DNA of 59,915 bases, counting the filler. It is 6 parts of 6 records of this genome, joined end to end, with 100 filler letters (N's around TTAATTAATTAA, not from the genome) between each part and the next. Parts side by side here need not be neighbours in the genome. Positions count along the whole stretch, not along the records: positions 6,129 to 18,807 come from DRR723986_25034; positions 18,908 to 26,401 come from DRR723986_25158; 4 more parts are not named here. One strand, 5' to 3'. This document shows positions 10,448-18,908 of the stretch, piece by piece; position 1 is the first letter of the stretch, and each line of letters opens with the position of its first letter. The notes beneath the pieces were generated by a model. That model worked only from the letters and a program-made list of their open reading frames with translations. It was not told the origin of the DNA and ran no database searches. A program made the translations under genes and the position numbers.

Positions 10448-10892
10448 CGCGACGATCTGCACGCGCACTATTGCGCTGATTGAACAAGCGGGCCGGGTTT
10501 TGGTGGCCACCGTTCCGGGACTGGACTACTACTTTATTCCAGGTGGCAGAGTTGAACATGGTGAAGATGCACGTAGCGCTCTGGAGCGCGAAATGCAGGA
10601 AGAACTGGGAGCCAATCTCCAGGATGCCCAATTACGCGCTGTAATTGACAACTTTTTTATTGAAAATGGCCGCCATGTGCAAGAGCTTGGCGTCTACTTT
10701 GCTGTTAAGCTGGACATTGACATCAATAGTGATGGAATTCTGGGCCGCGAAGAGACTCAGGACATGCCCTGCCACTGGTTGGACTTAAACGATTTAGAGA
10801 CCACAAACCTAAAACCGGCAATCCTAAAAACCATTTTGCCCGAAATCCTCAACCGCAAATCCCCAGGTTATTATGTTAACCGCGAGTGGTGA
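10434..10892 (+). CDS. Nudix hydrolase
   Basis: Nudix box GGRVEHGEDARSALEREMQEELGA; GGAG RBS before ATG 10434. Confidence 0.9.
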   Translation: MVTVDATICTRTIALIEQAGRVLVATVPGLDYYFIPGGRVEHGEDARSALEREMQEELGANLQDAQLRAVIDNFFIENGRHVQELGVYFAVKLDIDINSDGILGREETQDMPCHWLDLNDLETTNLKPAILKTILPEILNRKSPGYYVNREW

Positions 10893-10971
10893 GACATAAG
10901 ACCAGAGCGCCTACAACAGTAAGTCACTAAAATGCTTGCCACTGCCGACTCGGTGCAAAACAAGAAATTCA

Positions 10972-11022
10972 AAAAAGCCTGAGACGGAAGTGCAGCGCAG
11001 CGAAACAAACGGCTCAAAGCGC
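10972..11022. repeat. Dispersed REP-like repeat, copy 1
   Basis: AAAAAGCCTGAGACGGAAGTG-N17-CGGCTCAAAGCGC; both blocks recur exactly at 48176-48229. Confidence 0.8.
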
Positions 11023-11056
11023 TCAGCAAACACACTATTGTTTATTATTGGAATAT

Positions 11057-11090
11057 AAAAAAGCCGCGAATGTTAAACACTCGCGGCTTT
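11057..11090. terminator. Probable bidirectional intrinsic terminator
   Basis: AAAAAAGCCGCGA...TCGCGGCTTT between convergent genes. Confidence 0.8.
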
Positions 11091-11132
11091 CTTGTGTGCA
11101 TTTTGAGCCATAGAATGACTCAAAGTGTTAAA

Positions 11133-13085
11133 TTAATAGTCGCCACCAATCCTGCGTTTCTGAAGTTTGCTGTCATTGCTGAAACGCGGAAGACGCTCCG
11201 GACGCGAGGTTACTCCACTTGTATCAGTTAACGCACGCATAAATGTGATGACGTCGGCCTGCTCGGAATCTGTTAAGTCCAGCGGCGACGGCGGCAAGGT
11301 CTGGTGTTCAACATCAAGCCCCAGGCCAATCCCACCGCCGCGATTGTAAAAGTCCAGGACCTCTTCCAGCGTAGCGTAGGCTCCGTTGTGCATATATGGT
11401 CCGGTTAAGTCGATATTGCGGACGGTAACGGTTTTAAACGAATGTTTGTAGAATGGCGCGCGTTCCAGCAGGCGCCCACCCCAGCGGCCAATATCCGCAT
11501 CGAGGATTGGGTTAAGTGTGTCCGACGTGAGCGGAACACCTAAAACTTCAGACTCCGTTTCCACAAAGTAGGGTGGAACAAGTCCGTTAAACGTTGGTGC
11601 AAAATGGCAGGTACCACATGCGGCTTTGCCCATAAAAACGTTAAATCCGCGTTTAACTGCCGGATCGATGTTTTCGGTTTCGCCACGTACAAATTTGTCG
11701 AAAGGTGAGTTCAGCGCAACCAGGCTACGCACATAGGCAGCCAGCGCGCTCGTGATGCTGTGCGACACAATCGGACGGTCCTGCATGTGCGGAAATGCGC
11801 GCATAAACAGCTCGCGATACTCGTCACTCTGCTGCAGTTTTTCGGCAATATCAATAAAACTTGTGTGGAATTCGCGTTCGTCTGTTACTACGTGATCAAT
11901 CTGATCTTCGAGTTTGCCGGCGCGCAGATCGTAAAAAAAACGATCTGAAAATACGGCGTTAACCAGTGTGGGCGCATTGCGATCCAGCGTACCCTCAAAG
12001 TCAAGTGCCGTACTCTTGGCCATCCCATCGGTAAACGCTTTATCCGGATGATGACAGGAAGCACATGCGCGCTGATTGTTAACCGAAAGTACCGGGTCAA
12101 AAAACAGAAGTTTGCCAAGCTCAACCAGTTCGTCACCGGCTTCCTTGGCCGAAGTTTTTGTGAAGTAGTGCGCGTTAAGCAGCTCGGTGCTAAAGATATT
12201 GTCCGCGAAGTAATTGAGCGGCATCGACTGTGCCGTAAAGTCATCGAGAGTTTCAATGCCAAGACTTTGATGCGCCTTTAAGGTCAATGCAAACAGCGGG
12301 TTAACAACTTCAGTCAAAAAACCGAGACGGTCAAAAGAGTTAAAGTCGGAATTGGCATTCAACAGCGTCTGCGCCGTGGAGAATGTGGCGCTGAGCTCGG
12401 CGGCCAGTTCAACTCCCGACGAACCGGACTGATGCATGCGCGCGTAATAGGCACGCAGGGTTTGTTCCATCGAGGCAAAACTCTGGCGCGCCTCGGGAAT
12501 CGCATTCAAAGATCCGGGCGTATCAAACCCGGTCAAACCAAGCGTGAAGGTGCGAATGATATTTAAACGCACAGCTTCAAAGACTTCTCTATCGCGAAAC
12601 TGTTGGTGCAACCTGGCGCTGAAGAACAGCTTAGAATTTTTGTTAAGCAATTTAATCATTCTACCCAACTCGGCGCGGTCAATGACGTCGTCCTCAGGAG
12701 CAAACGCCAGCTCATCAATCACCTGCAAACCCTCGGGCTCGAGGATTGAAATTTCGCCGGTATTGCGTTCCAGCGCCGGCAGCGGCGCACCGTTAATAAA
12801 GTCATCAACAAACTCCGGATCGCTGAATGCGGCCAGGAATTCAATTTTTTTGTACGCCAGACGCATCTGTGTAACAACATCGCGAATATCAGCGTCACTC
12901 CCCGACTTCAGCGTCTGCCGGCTCTCCAAAATGCGCTGCTGAAACTGCGCCAAATTGGAGGTGTACGTGGACAGCACAGATTCGAGCGGGCTTTTTTGAG
13001 GGATGGGAGCACTGAAGGCGCTAACTAGGAGAGCTGAGCCAACAATGACAATAAAAGCGATGAGGGAAGTTAAAATCGTTCGCAT
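11133..13085 (-). CDS. Diheme cytochrome c peroxidase/MauG superfamily protein with a long N-terminal helical extension
   Basis: LGKLLFFDPVLS, CASCH, RNAPTLVN, CGTCH, FKT.TVRNI..TGPYMHNG. Start placed at MRTILTS (signal peptide). Confidence 0.9.
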   Translation of the reverse strand: MRTILTSLIAFIVIVGSALLVSAFSAPIPQKSPLESVLSTYTSNLAQFQQRILESRQTLKSGSDADIRDVVTQMRLAYKKIEFLAAFSDPEFVDDFINGAPLPALERNTGEISILEPEGLQVIDELAFAPEDDVIDRAELGRMIKLLNKNSKLFFSARLHQQFRDREVFEAVRLNIIRTFTLGLTGFDTPGSLNAIPEARQSFASMEQTLRAYYARMHQSGSSGVELAAELSATFSTAQTLLNANSDFNSFDRLGFLTEVVNPLFALTLKAHQSLGIETLDDFTAQSMPLNYFADNIFSTELLNAHYFTKTSAKEAGDELVELGKLLFFDPVLSVNNQRACASCHHPDKAFTDGMAKSTALDFEGTLDRNAPTLVNAVFSDRFFYDLRAGKLEDQIDHVVTDEREFHTSFIDIAEKLQQSDEYRELFMRAFPHMQDRPIVSHSITSALAAYVRSLVALNSPFDKFVRGETENIDPAVKRGFNVFMGKAACGTCHFAPTFNGLVPPYFVETESEVLGVPLTSDTLNPILDADIGRWGGRLLERAPFYKHSFKTVTVRNIDLTGPYMHNGAYATLEEVLDFYNRGGGIGLGLDVEHQTLPPSPLDLTDSEQADVITFMRALTDTSGVTSRPERLPRFSNDSKLQKRRIGGDY

Positions 13086-13249
13086 ATAAATACCTGGAGC
13101 TCTAAAATATTCCTGGAGAACAGCACCAAAATTTGAAAAAACCGACGGACACGATGGCCCGCCGGTTTTGGATATCAAGACTATTCTGGTTCTGACTGTT
13201 TAAGTTCCGTGAACTGGAGATTCACGTTCGTCAGAACAAATTGGTCAGC

Positions 13250-15100
13250 TTACTGGATCGATACTTTAGCTGTTTCGCCTTCTGCATTTTGCAGGTAGTA
13301 GGCGCCGGCAGGCAGATCCAGCACGTTGATGCGGTCTGTGTTTGACTTTGAACGAACAAGTTTGCCGTTCACGTCATACAGCGCAACATCCATTACTTTG
13401 TCGAACTTCAGCGTACGTGTTACAGGATTTGGGAAGACTTTGAAGGAGATACCATCAGGCGTATCACCACCGCGATCATCCTCTGCAACGTTAGTTACAA
13501 CCTGATCCCAACCGGTAATCTCGATTGTGCAGGAGTTGTTGTACGGGAAATTGTTAACAATGTCATTCGGGTGCTGGGAGTTAACCAGGATCGACTTTCC
13601 ATCAGGTGTGCCAACGGCACCAGTGATTTCAGCACCGATTGGTGTTACTGCAACACGGACGAGGTTATCGAGTGAAGCTTCTTCGTTCATGTCCAACATG
13701 TAGAGTTCACATGCGCGATTGGAAATACCCACCGGCATACGACCAACGCTTGTACCGTTAAGGTCTTCGCAGATTAACATGTAGGCGTTGCCGTTTACGT
13801 ACAGGAAGTTGAGGCCGTCAGGATTTGAAAGGTGCGTTTCTGGATACTCAGCACCTGGGCCTTCTGGATTCCAGAATGGACCGGCTTCCAGGAAAACTGT
13901 GACTTCATCTGTCTGCGGGTTGTACTGCAGAATGCGTCCGTAGTAATCCCAGTAAGATGGCAGGTTTTCGTCAGCATCATATACGTCGGCGCCTTGCTCT
14001 TGAGCGCGCTGAACGTGGTGGTAGGCTACTTCGGAACCACTGTCATCATGCTCGTCGGCCCAGCGACCGGCAGGATTGTCACGACCAGTTTCGGTCATAT
14101 AAATCATGCCGTTGTTTTGGTTGTATGCAATCCACTCAAGGCGGTTAAACATCGTGGCATTCAGCGCTTCTGCTTCGGCCGTAAAGTTTAACATTGTTTC
14201 CATTGAATTGTTACCATCAACTTCAACCCATTCACCTGTAAATGAATTTTCGTTCTGCTTGTAAATGTAGGTTGTTCCACTTGTGAAGTCACCGGCTACG
14301 TCGGCAACAAAACGTGTGAAGTAACCTGGCGTAGCGTCGGCACCGAGGTAAACAGTACGGTTGTCCGAAGCAATCGCGCCACCTTCAAATGGCTGGCGGC
14401 CCCAGTTGTACTGCTTGCGGATGGCTACAGCTTCGCGCGGATCAATTTCAACCATGTAGTTGAAGTTTTGGTAGCGCTCAATTGTTGTACCGTCAAAGTC
14501 ACCGTCCAGATCGGAGGAAACGGTGTATGGACTCAGGTCCGTAACGCCGCCTTCGATTGACTCATTGGAGCTACGGAACCACTCTTCAGCAGTCCAGATA
14601 CGACCGTCAACGGAGGACTGGATACCACCGCAGTTCATACCCGTTTCACCAACAGTATTGGCAAAGTCAACGTTAAAGAACTCACCAGTACGGCCATCGG
14701 AAAGTGTTTGATTAACAACTTCCAGAAAACCATCTGCACCACGACGAACCTTAAAAGCGGTCATCCCGCCACCGTCACCAATTTTTTCATTTGCCTGAAT
14801 CATCTCGTGGTTAACAGAAACCCATCCGAGGTCGTCCGACTCAGTGTCTTCCGTAAAACCAATGAAGTCATGCCATTGTTTGGCGGGCTCGGTACCATTG
14901 GGTGTACCGTTAGCATCACGTGTTTGAACTTCGTCAACACCACCGATAAACAGGACGTTTGTACGCAGCGGCGAAGCCGGCATTACAAATTCGGGCGAAA
15001 CGAATGGCGTTTCAAGCGTCATTTCCGGCGAAAACTGCGCCATGCTTGCTGAAGAGGCAGTCAGGGCTGCAACTGCCAGACACGTAGTCAACTTTTTCAT
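13250..15100 (-). CDS. phoX: PhoX-family (DUF839) alkaline phosphatase with T9SS type A C-terminal sorting domain
   Basis: VNHE, NCGG, TAEE, GR..FEG, NPDGL, CED, AEITG, NSQHP. C-terminus VFPNPV..LYDVNGKLV..LPAGAYYL. Sec signal MKKLTT. Confidence 0.85.
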   Translation of the reverse strand: MKKLTTCLAVAALTASSASMAQFSPEMTLETPFVSPEFVMPASPLRTNVLFIGGVDEVQTRDANGTPNGTEPAKQWHDFIGFTEDTESDDLGWVSVNHEMIQANEKIGDGGGMTAFKVRRGADGFLEVVNQTLSDGRTGEFFNVDFANTVGETGMNCGGIQSSVDGRIWTAEEWFRSSNESIEGGVTDLSPYTVSSDLDGDFDGTTIERYQNFNYMVEIDPREAVAIRKQYNWGRQPFEGGAIASDNRTVYLGADATPGYFTRFVADVAGDFTSGTTYIYKQNENSFTGEWVEVDGNNSMETMLNFTAEAEALNATMFNRLEWIAYNQNNGMIYMTETGRDNPAGRWADEHDDSGSEVAYHHVQRAQEQGADVYDADENLPSYWDYYGRILQYNPQTDEVTVFLEAGPFWNPEGPGAEYPETHLSNPDGLNFLYVNGNAYMLICEDLNGTSVGRMPVGISNRACELYMLDMNEEASLDNLVRVAVTPIGAEITGAVGTPDGKSILVNSQHPNDIVNNFPYNNSCTIEITGWDQVVTNVAEDDRGGDTPDGISFKVFPNPVTRTLKFDKVMDVALYDVNGKLVRSKSNTDRINVLDLPAGAYYLQNAEGETAKVSIQ

Positions 15101-15299
15101 TTGAAGCAAACCGTAATTAATGATACAAAGAATGAAGTAATCGAGTGACGTTCAAAATCGAAAAGTTTTACACTGGGAGTATGGACGTCGAATGTACGTC
15201 GGGGGCTTGTGTGAATCTGTAGCACAAGTATTAAACAACTGTCTAATTACATGCGCCACAGATTCAAAACATATTGAGCTTTAACAACTCTCGAAGACG

Positions 15300-15391
15300 C
15301 AAAAATAGTCCGGCGGTATTACGGAACTGTTAAGAGGACGACAAGATTCTGTTGCATTTGACAGATTAAATATTTGTTTAATTCATGTTTA
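15300..15391 (-). promoter_or_regulatory. Candidate phoX promoter with Pho-box-like direct repeats
   Basis: Minus strand: TAAACA-N5-TAAACA (15391-15375), TTAACA-N5-GTAATA (15333-15317), then TATTTTTG matching TAnnTTTG (15307-15300). Confidence 0.5.
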
Positions 15392-15989
15392 GCAGGTATT
15401 CACATCATGTTCATCAATTATTAAGCTCAGGTTGCAATCAGGTTGTCGCGACAACATTTTTATTTAACATTTCAACAACATATTTCTTTGGAGCGCATTG
15501 GTGAATTTGAGTGCCAGGGCTTGGATACTGGCTTCTTGATGGATCAAAGTCTTGAGGACTTGTGGCTTTGAAAGGTGTAAGCGGCTTCAAGTTTTCGCAT
15601 TTCCAGCCGGCGGGCTCCTTGCCAGTCGCCATATTGATCGCTATGCTCTGCATGCGCTTTTTTTGATATGTATGCTTGCCTCGCAGTTTGAAGTGACCGC
15701 TCCCCACGTGATGTCATGAATTGAGGCTGAAATGCTCTCGGACAGATTTTCAAATGATTGACTTTCAAATGATTGAACGTTGGTTGGGCCTGCGAGAAGG
15801 ACGAGCGTAGCTCCATTGCTACGTGAATGCATAAGGGCAACACCAGGCCAGTTTTTGCAAAGAAACAGCTACCAAATTATTAATTCCGCGTAATTTTAGT
15901 TATCTACACATAGATCCGTGAGCGATTCACATGTATTGCACGATCCCTATAATCAACACACGCTACGAATTGTGGGCAGCAAAACTCTA

Positions 15990-16868
15990 ATGATTCAATC
16001 CAAAAAGTGTTATTCAGCGAATTTTTCCTTCCGTACACTTTCGCAACTACTCGTATGCCTGATCATCTGGCTGTCAATCACTAGCTGTAGTGACGAATCC
16101 ACAGCTCCAGAAACAGACACGAACAATCAATATTGGCAGAGGCTTTCGGCCGGCAGGTATGCACTCCAGTTTTTTCTGGACGAATTTGATGACAGCAATA
16201 CCGTAGGGGTCATCGAGCTGAACTCGAGCTTATCGGTGCAGCTCCGCCAAAGTCCTCCAGGCATCGGACCACTGGTTGAGTTTAGAACTGAAGAAACTAA
16301 AGGAACTGCCAGTACATTTGATTTGGCCCAAAAGATTCGCGCCTCGCTTGGAAACATCACAGTCAACGGCACGACATTATCTGAATATGAGCCCGGCGGC
16401 TACCAACATCTTCGCTTATTTAATGATCCGGCATTGGAATTGAACTTTGGGTCCGGTCAAAACGATATCCTGATTGAAGGAAGTGAAATTTTTCCGCGGT
16501 ACGAAGGCAGCGTGACTTTTAAAGGCGCTCCAATGCTCTCAAATATCACACTAGGCCAAAAGGTTTCTCGCTCTGCGAACCTTACGATTACCTGGAATGG
16601 CGCAGCAACAGACCAAGCCGAAATTGTCCTGGCAACCTATGATCCCTCCACCGATCCGCTTGACGGTGAGATTCGTTTTTTCTCAAAGCTAGTTGAAAAC
16701 AGTGGCGAAACAACGATCGCGGCCGAGGAAATTCAGAATTTGTCCAAAGGATTAACAGACCTTGTCATACGACAATTTGAAGTGCTACCCGTTTCAATGC
16801 CAAACGGCCAAGTAATGTACGTTGCCGGAGTCACTTCTCATGCACTTTCGGTAGAGTTGGTTGAGTAA
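15990..16868 (+). CDS. Uncharacterised lipoprotein (paralog 1)
   Basis: Hydrophobic signal ending ITSC; end-to-end similarity to 17175-18044. Confidence 0.75.
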   Translation: MIQSKKCYSANFSFRTLSQLLVCLIIWLSITSCSDESTAPETDTNNQYWQRLSAGRYALQFFLDEFDDSNTVGVIELNSSLSVQLRQSPPGIGPLVEFRTEETKGTASTFDLAQKIRASLGNITVNGTTLSEYEPGGYQHLRLFNDPALELNFGSGQNDILIEGSEIFPRYEGSVTFKGAPMLSNITLGQKVSRSANLTITWNGAATDQAEIVLATYDPSTDPLDGEIRFFSKLVENSGETTIAAEEIQNLSKGLTDLVIRQFEVLPVSMPNGQVMYVAGVTSHALSVELVE

Positions 16869-17174
16869 ACATAAACAAACTCTTGACCGTGGTTTCGATT
16901 CCAGGAGTTGGTGTTCTAACTAATGGCTCATCGAATACCAGGGTTACTATCTTATGTGCCCCGATGGACGAATATTTTCTGAGAGCCCAATCACCATTTC
17001 TTTCAGGGAACAACACTTCCAGCCGGTTTTGCCCTGCCATCTTGATGAACGCTATGAGACCCCGTCAATTATTCACAAAAATACCACGATCCACAATGTT
17101 GTGATGAAGTTAAACGATGATTGCCCACTATGCGATTAACATGCCTCCAGTTTTAACAGAACTCTAACATACAA

Positions 17175-18044
17175 ATGATAGATACTATGAACGCAACTAC
17201 GAACTATTCACCTCTGAGACTTACATTCATAAGTCTTTCATTTTGTTTGATTGTTTCAGCTTGTGATGACGATGTGCTGCCCACTTCTGAAAATGCTCCG
17301 CCAACGGTTAATCTTGTGTATTCTGCCGGCAGATACCAATTGGAGGATTTGATCGAGCAATTTAATGCGAGTAATGTTGTCGGTGTTATGCAACTATACA
17401 AGCGCAATTTTGAAATCTTGCGACAATCGATTCCCGAAGTCAGTCCGTGGGAACCTCGCACCTTTGAAAGCTCCAGCGGCTATGCCACGCTCTATAACAT
17501 TTCTGACGAGACGCTTACCTCCGCCGGAATAGTCACTGTTAATGATGTTTTGTTTAAAGAGTATCAAACGGGAACATATCAAGACTGGAATTTGGCAGGT
17601 GAGACGAAACTTTCACTCAATTTTGGTGCAGGGACGAATGTTATTTTTCTTCAGGGAAGTGATGTAATACCGCGTCATACCAGCACGGTCTCGTTTGCTG
17701 CTGCGCCATCTGTTACTAATGTGATTCGCGGTCAGCAGGTATCACGCTCGGCAGACTTTACTGTTGAATGGGCCGGCTCAGGAGTTGGACACACCGAAGT
17801 TGGAATCGATGCAGGCAATGCCATCAGAAACCCACAGGCCGGCCAGATTAGTGGAATTGTACGATTCGTCGATAACTCAGGTTCTACAACTCTCTCGGGC
17901 AGCAGCCTGCAAGACTTGCCCAATGGAATTGTAGAAGTGTATGTTACTCAATTTGACCCCGTAGCGATTCACTTACCAAACGGCCAGCAAGTCTACGTGG
18001 TAGGCGTTTCCAGTCACGAGATTTCGATTGAACTAATTGACTGA
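17175..18044 (+). CDS. Uncharacterised lipoprotein (paralog 2)
   Basis: Signal ending VSAC; shares SAGRY, LNFG.G.N, GQ.VSRSA, NSG.TT and PNGQ..YV.GV.SH with paralog 1. Confidence 0.78.
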   Translation: MIDTMNATTNYSPLRLTFISLSFCLIVSACDDDVLPTSENAPPTVNLVYSAGRYQLEDLIEQFNASNVVGVMQLYKRNFEILRQSIPEVSPWEPRTFESSSGYATLYNISDETLTSAGIVTVNDVLFKEYQTGTYQDWNLAGETKLSLNFGAGTNVIFLQGSDVIPRHTSTVSFAAAPSVTNVIRGQQVSRSADFTVEWAGSGVGHTEVGIDAGNAIRNPQAGQISGIVRFVDNSGSTTLSGSSLQDLPNGIVEVYVTQFDPVAIHLPNGQQVYVVGVSSHEISIELID

Positions 18045-18070
18045 ACTTCACTTTGGATTGCGAGTGGCAA

Positions 18071-18781
18071 ATGTATCCAACATTTGAAGTCTTTGGCACC
18101 GAAGTTCAACTGTTTTTACTATGTATTTGTTTTGGTTTTACCGTAAGCAGTTTTGTTGTTCTGAAGTTGGGCAAAATCACAGGTCTTCAGAACTGGTGGA
18201 TATTTTTAGTAGGATTTTGGTTTTTCGGCCGCCTGGGCCAAGAGTTGTTTTATAACTTTGCGCAACAACTGCCCATCAGTTTTGGCGTTTCAGGAGGATC
18301 GACGATTCTCGGCTCAATCGCCGGCAGCTTTATCTTGGTCCCACTGCTGGCTCAACGGCGGAACATGGACTGGAAGTCCATGGCAGACTTCTTTGTGCTT
18401 CCCCTATTGATACTACAGGTTTCCGGCAAACTCGGGTGTTTTTGGGAGGGATGCTGTTATGGTTCAGCGACTTCCATGCCCTGGGGCGTTCATTCCAGTA
18501 TTAGTCCTTTAGTTTACATTCACCCGACTCAGCTATATGAATTTGTAGCATTACTTTTTTTGCTGCTTTTTTTGTTAACATGTGCCAAATACGCGCATAT
18601 CAAAGTTGGCGCATTAGCGGGTATGTATCTGTGCCTATATGGAATCGAACGTTTTTTGGTTGAGTTCATCCGGGGCGACGCTGTCAGATCAGGCATCCTC
18701 GGCTTAACAAGTGGTCAAGTATTGTCGGTAATATTTCTGGTGATCGGCCTGACAATGCTGGTTCGCTGCCGGCAGAGCTAG
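18071..18781 (+). CDS. Prolipoprotein diacylglyceryl transferase (Lgt) family protein, divergent
   Basis: MYP start, multiple TM segments, KLGCFWEGCCYG, HPTQLYE, YGIERFLVEFIRGD, LTSGQ.LS. Confidence 0.85.
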   Translation: MYPTFEVFGTEVQLFLLCICFGFTVSSFVVLKLGKITGLQNWWIFLVGFWFFGRLGQELFYNFAQQLPISFGVSGGSTILGSIAGSFILVPLLAQRRNMDWKSMADFFVLPLLILQVSGKLGCFWEGCCYGSATSMPWGVHSSISPLVYIHPTQLYEFVALLFLLLFLLTCAKYAHIKVGALAGMYLCLYGIERFLVEFIRGDAVRSGILGLTSGQVLSVIFLVIGLTMLVRCRQS

Positions 18782-18807
18782 TGGGTTAGGCGTAAAATTC
18801 GGTAACT

Positions 18808-18907
18808 NNNNNNNNNNNNNNNNNNNNNNNNNNNNNNNNNNNNNNNNNNNNTTAATTAATTAANNNNNNNNNNNNNNNNNNNNNNNNNNNNNNNNNNNNN
18901 NNNNNNN
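18808..18907. other. Artificial contig spacer
   Basis: N run with TTAATTAATTAA. Confidence 0.99.
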
Positions 18908-18908
18908 G

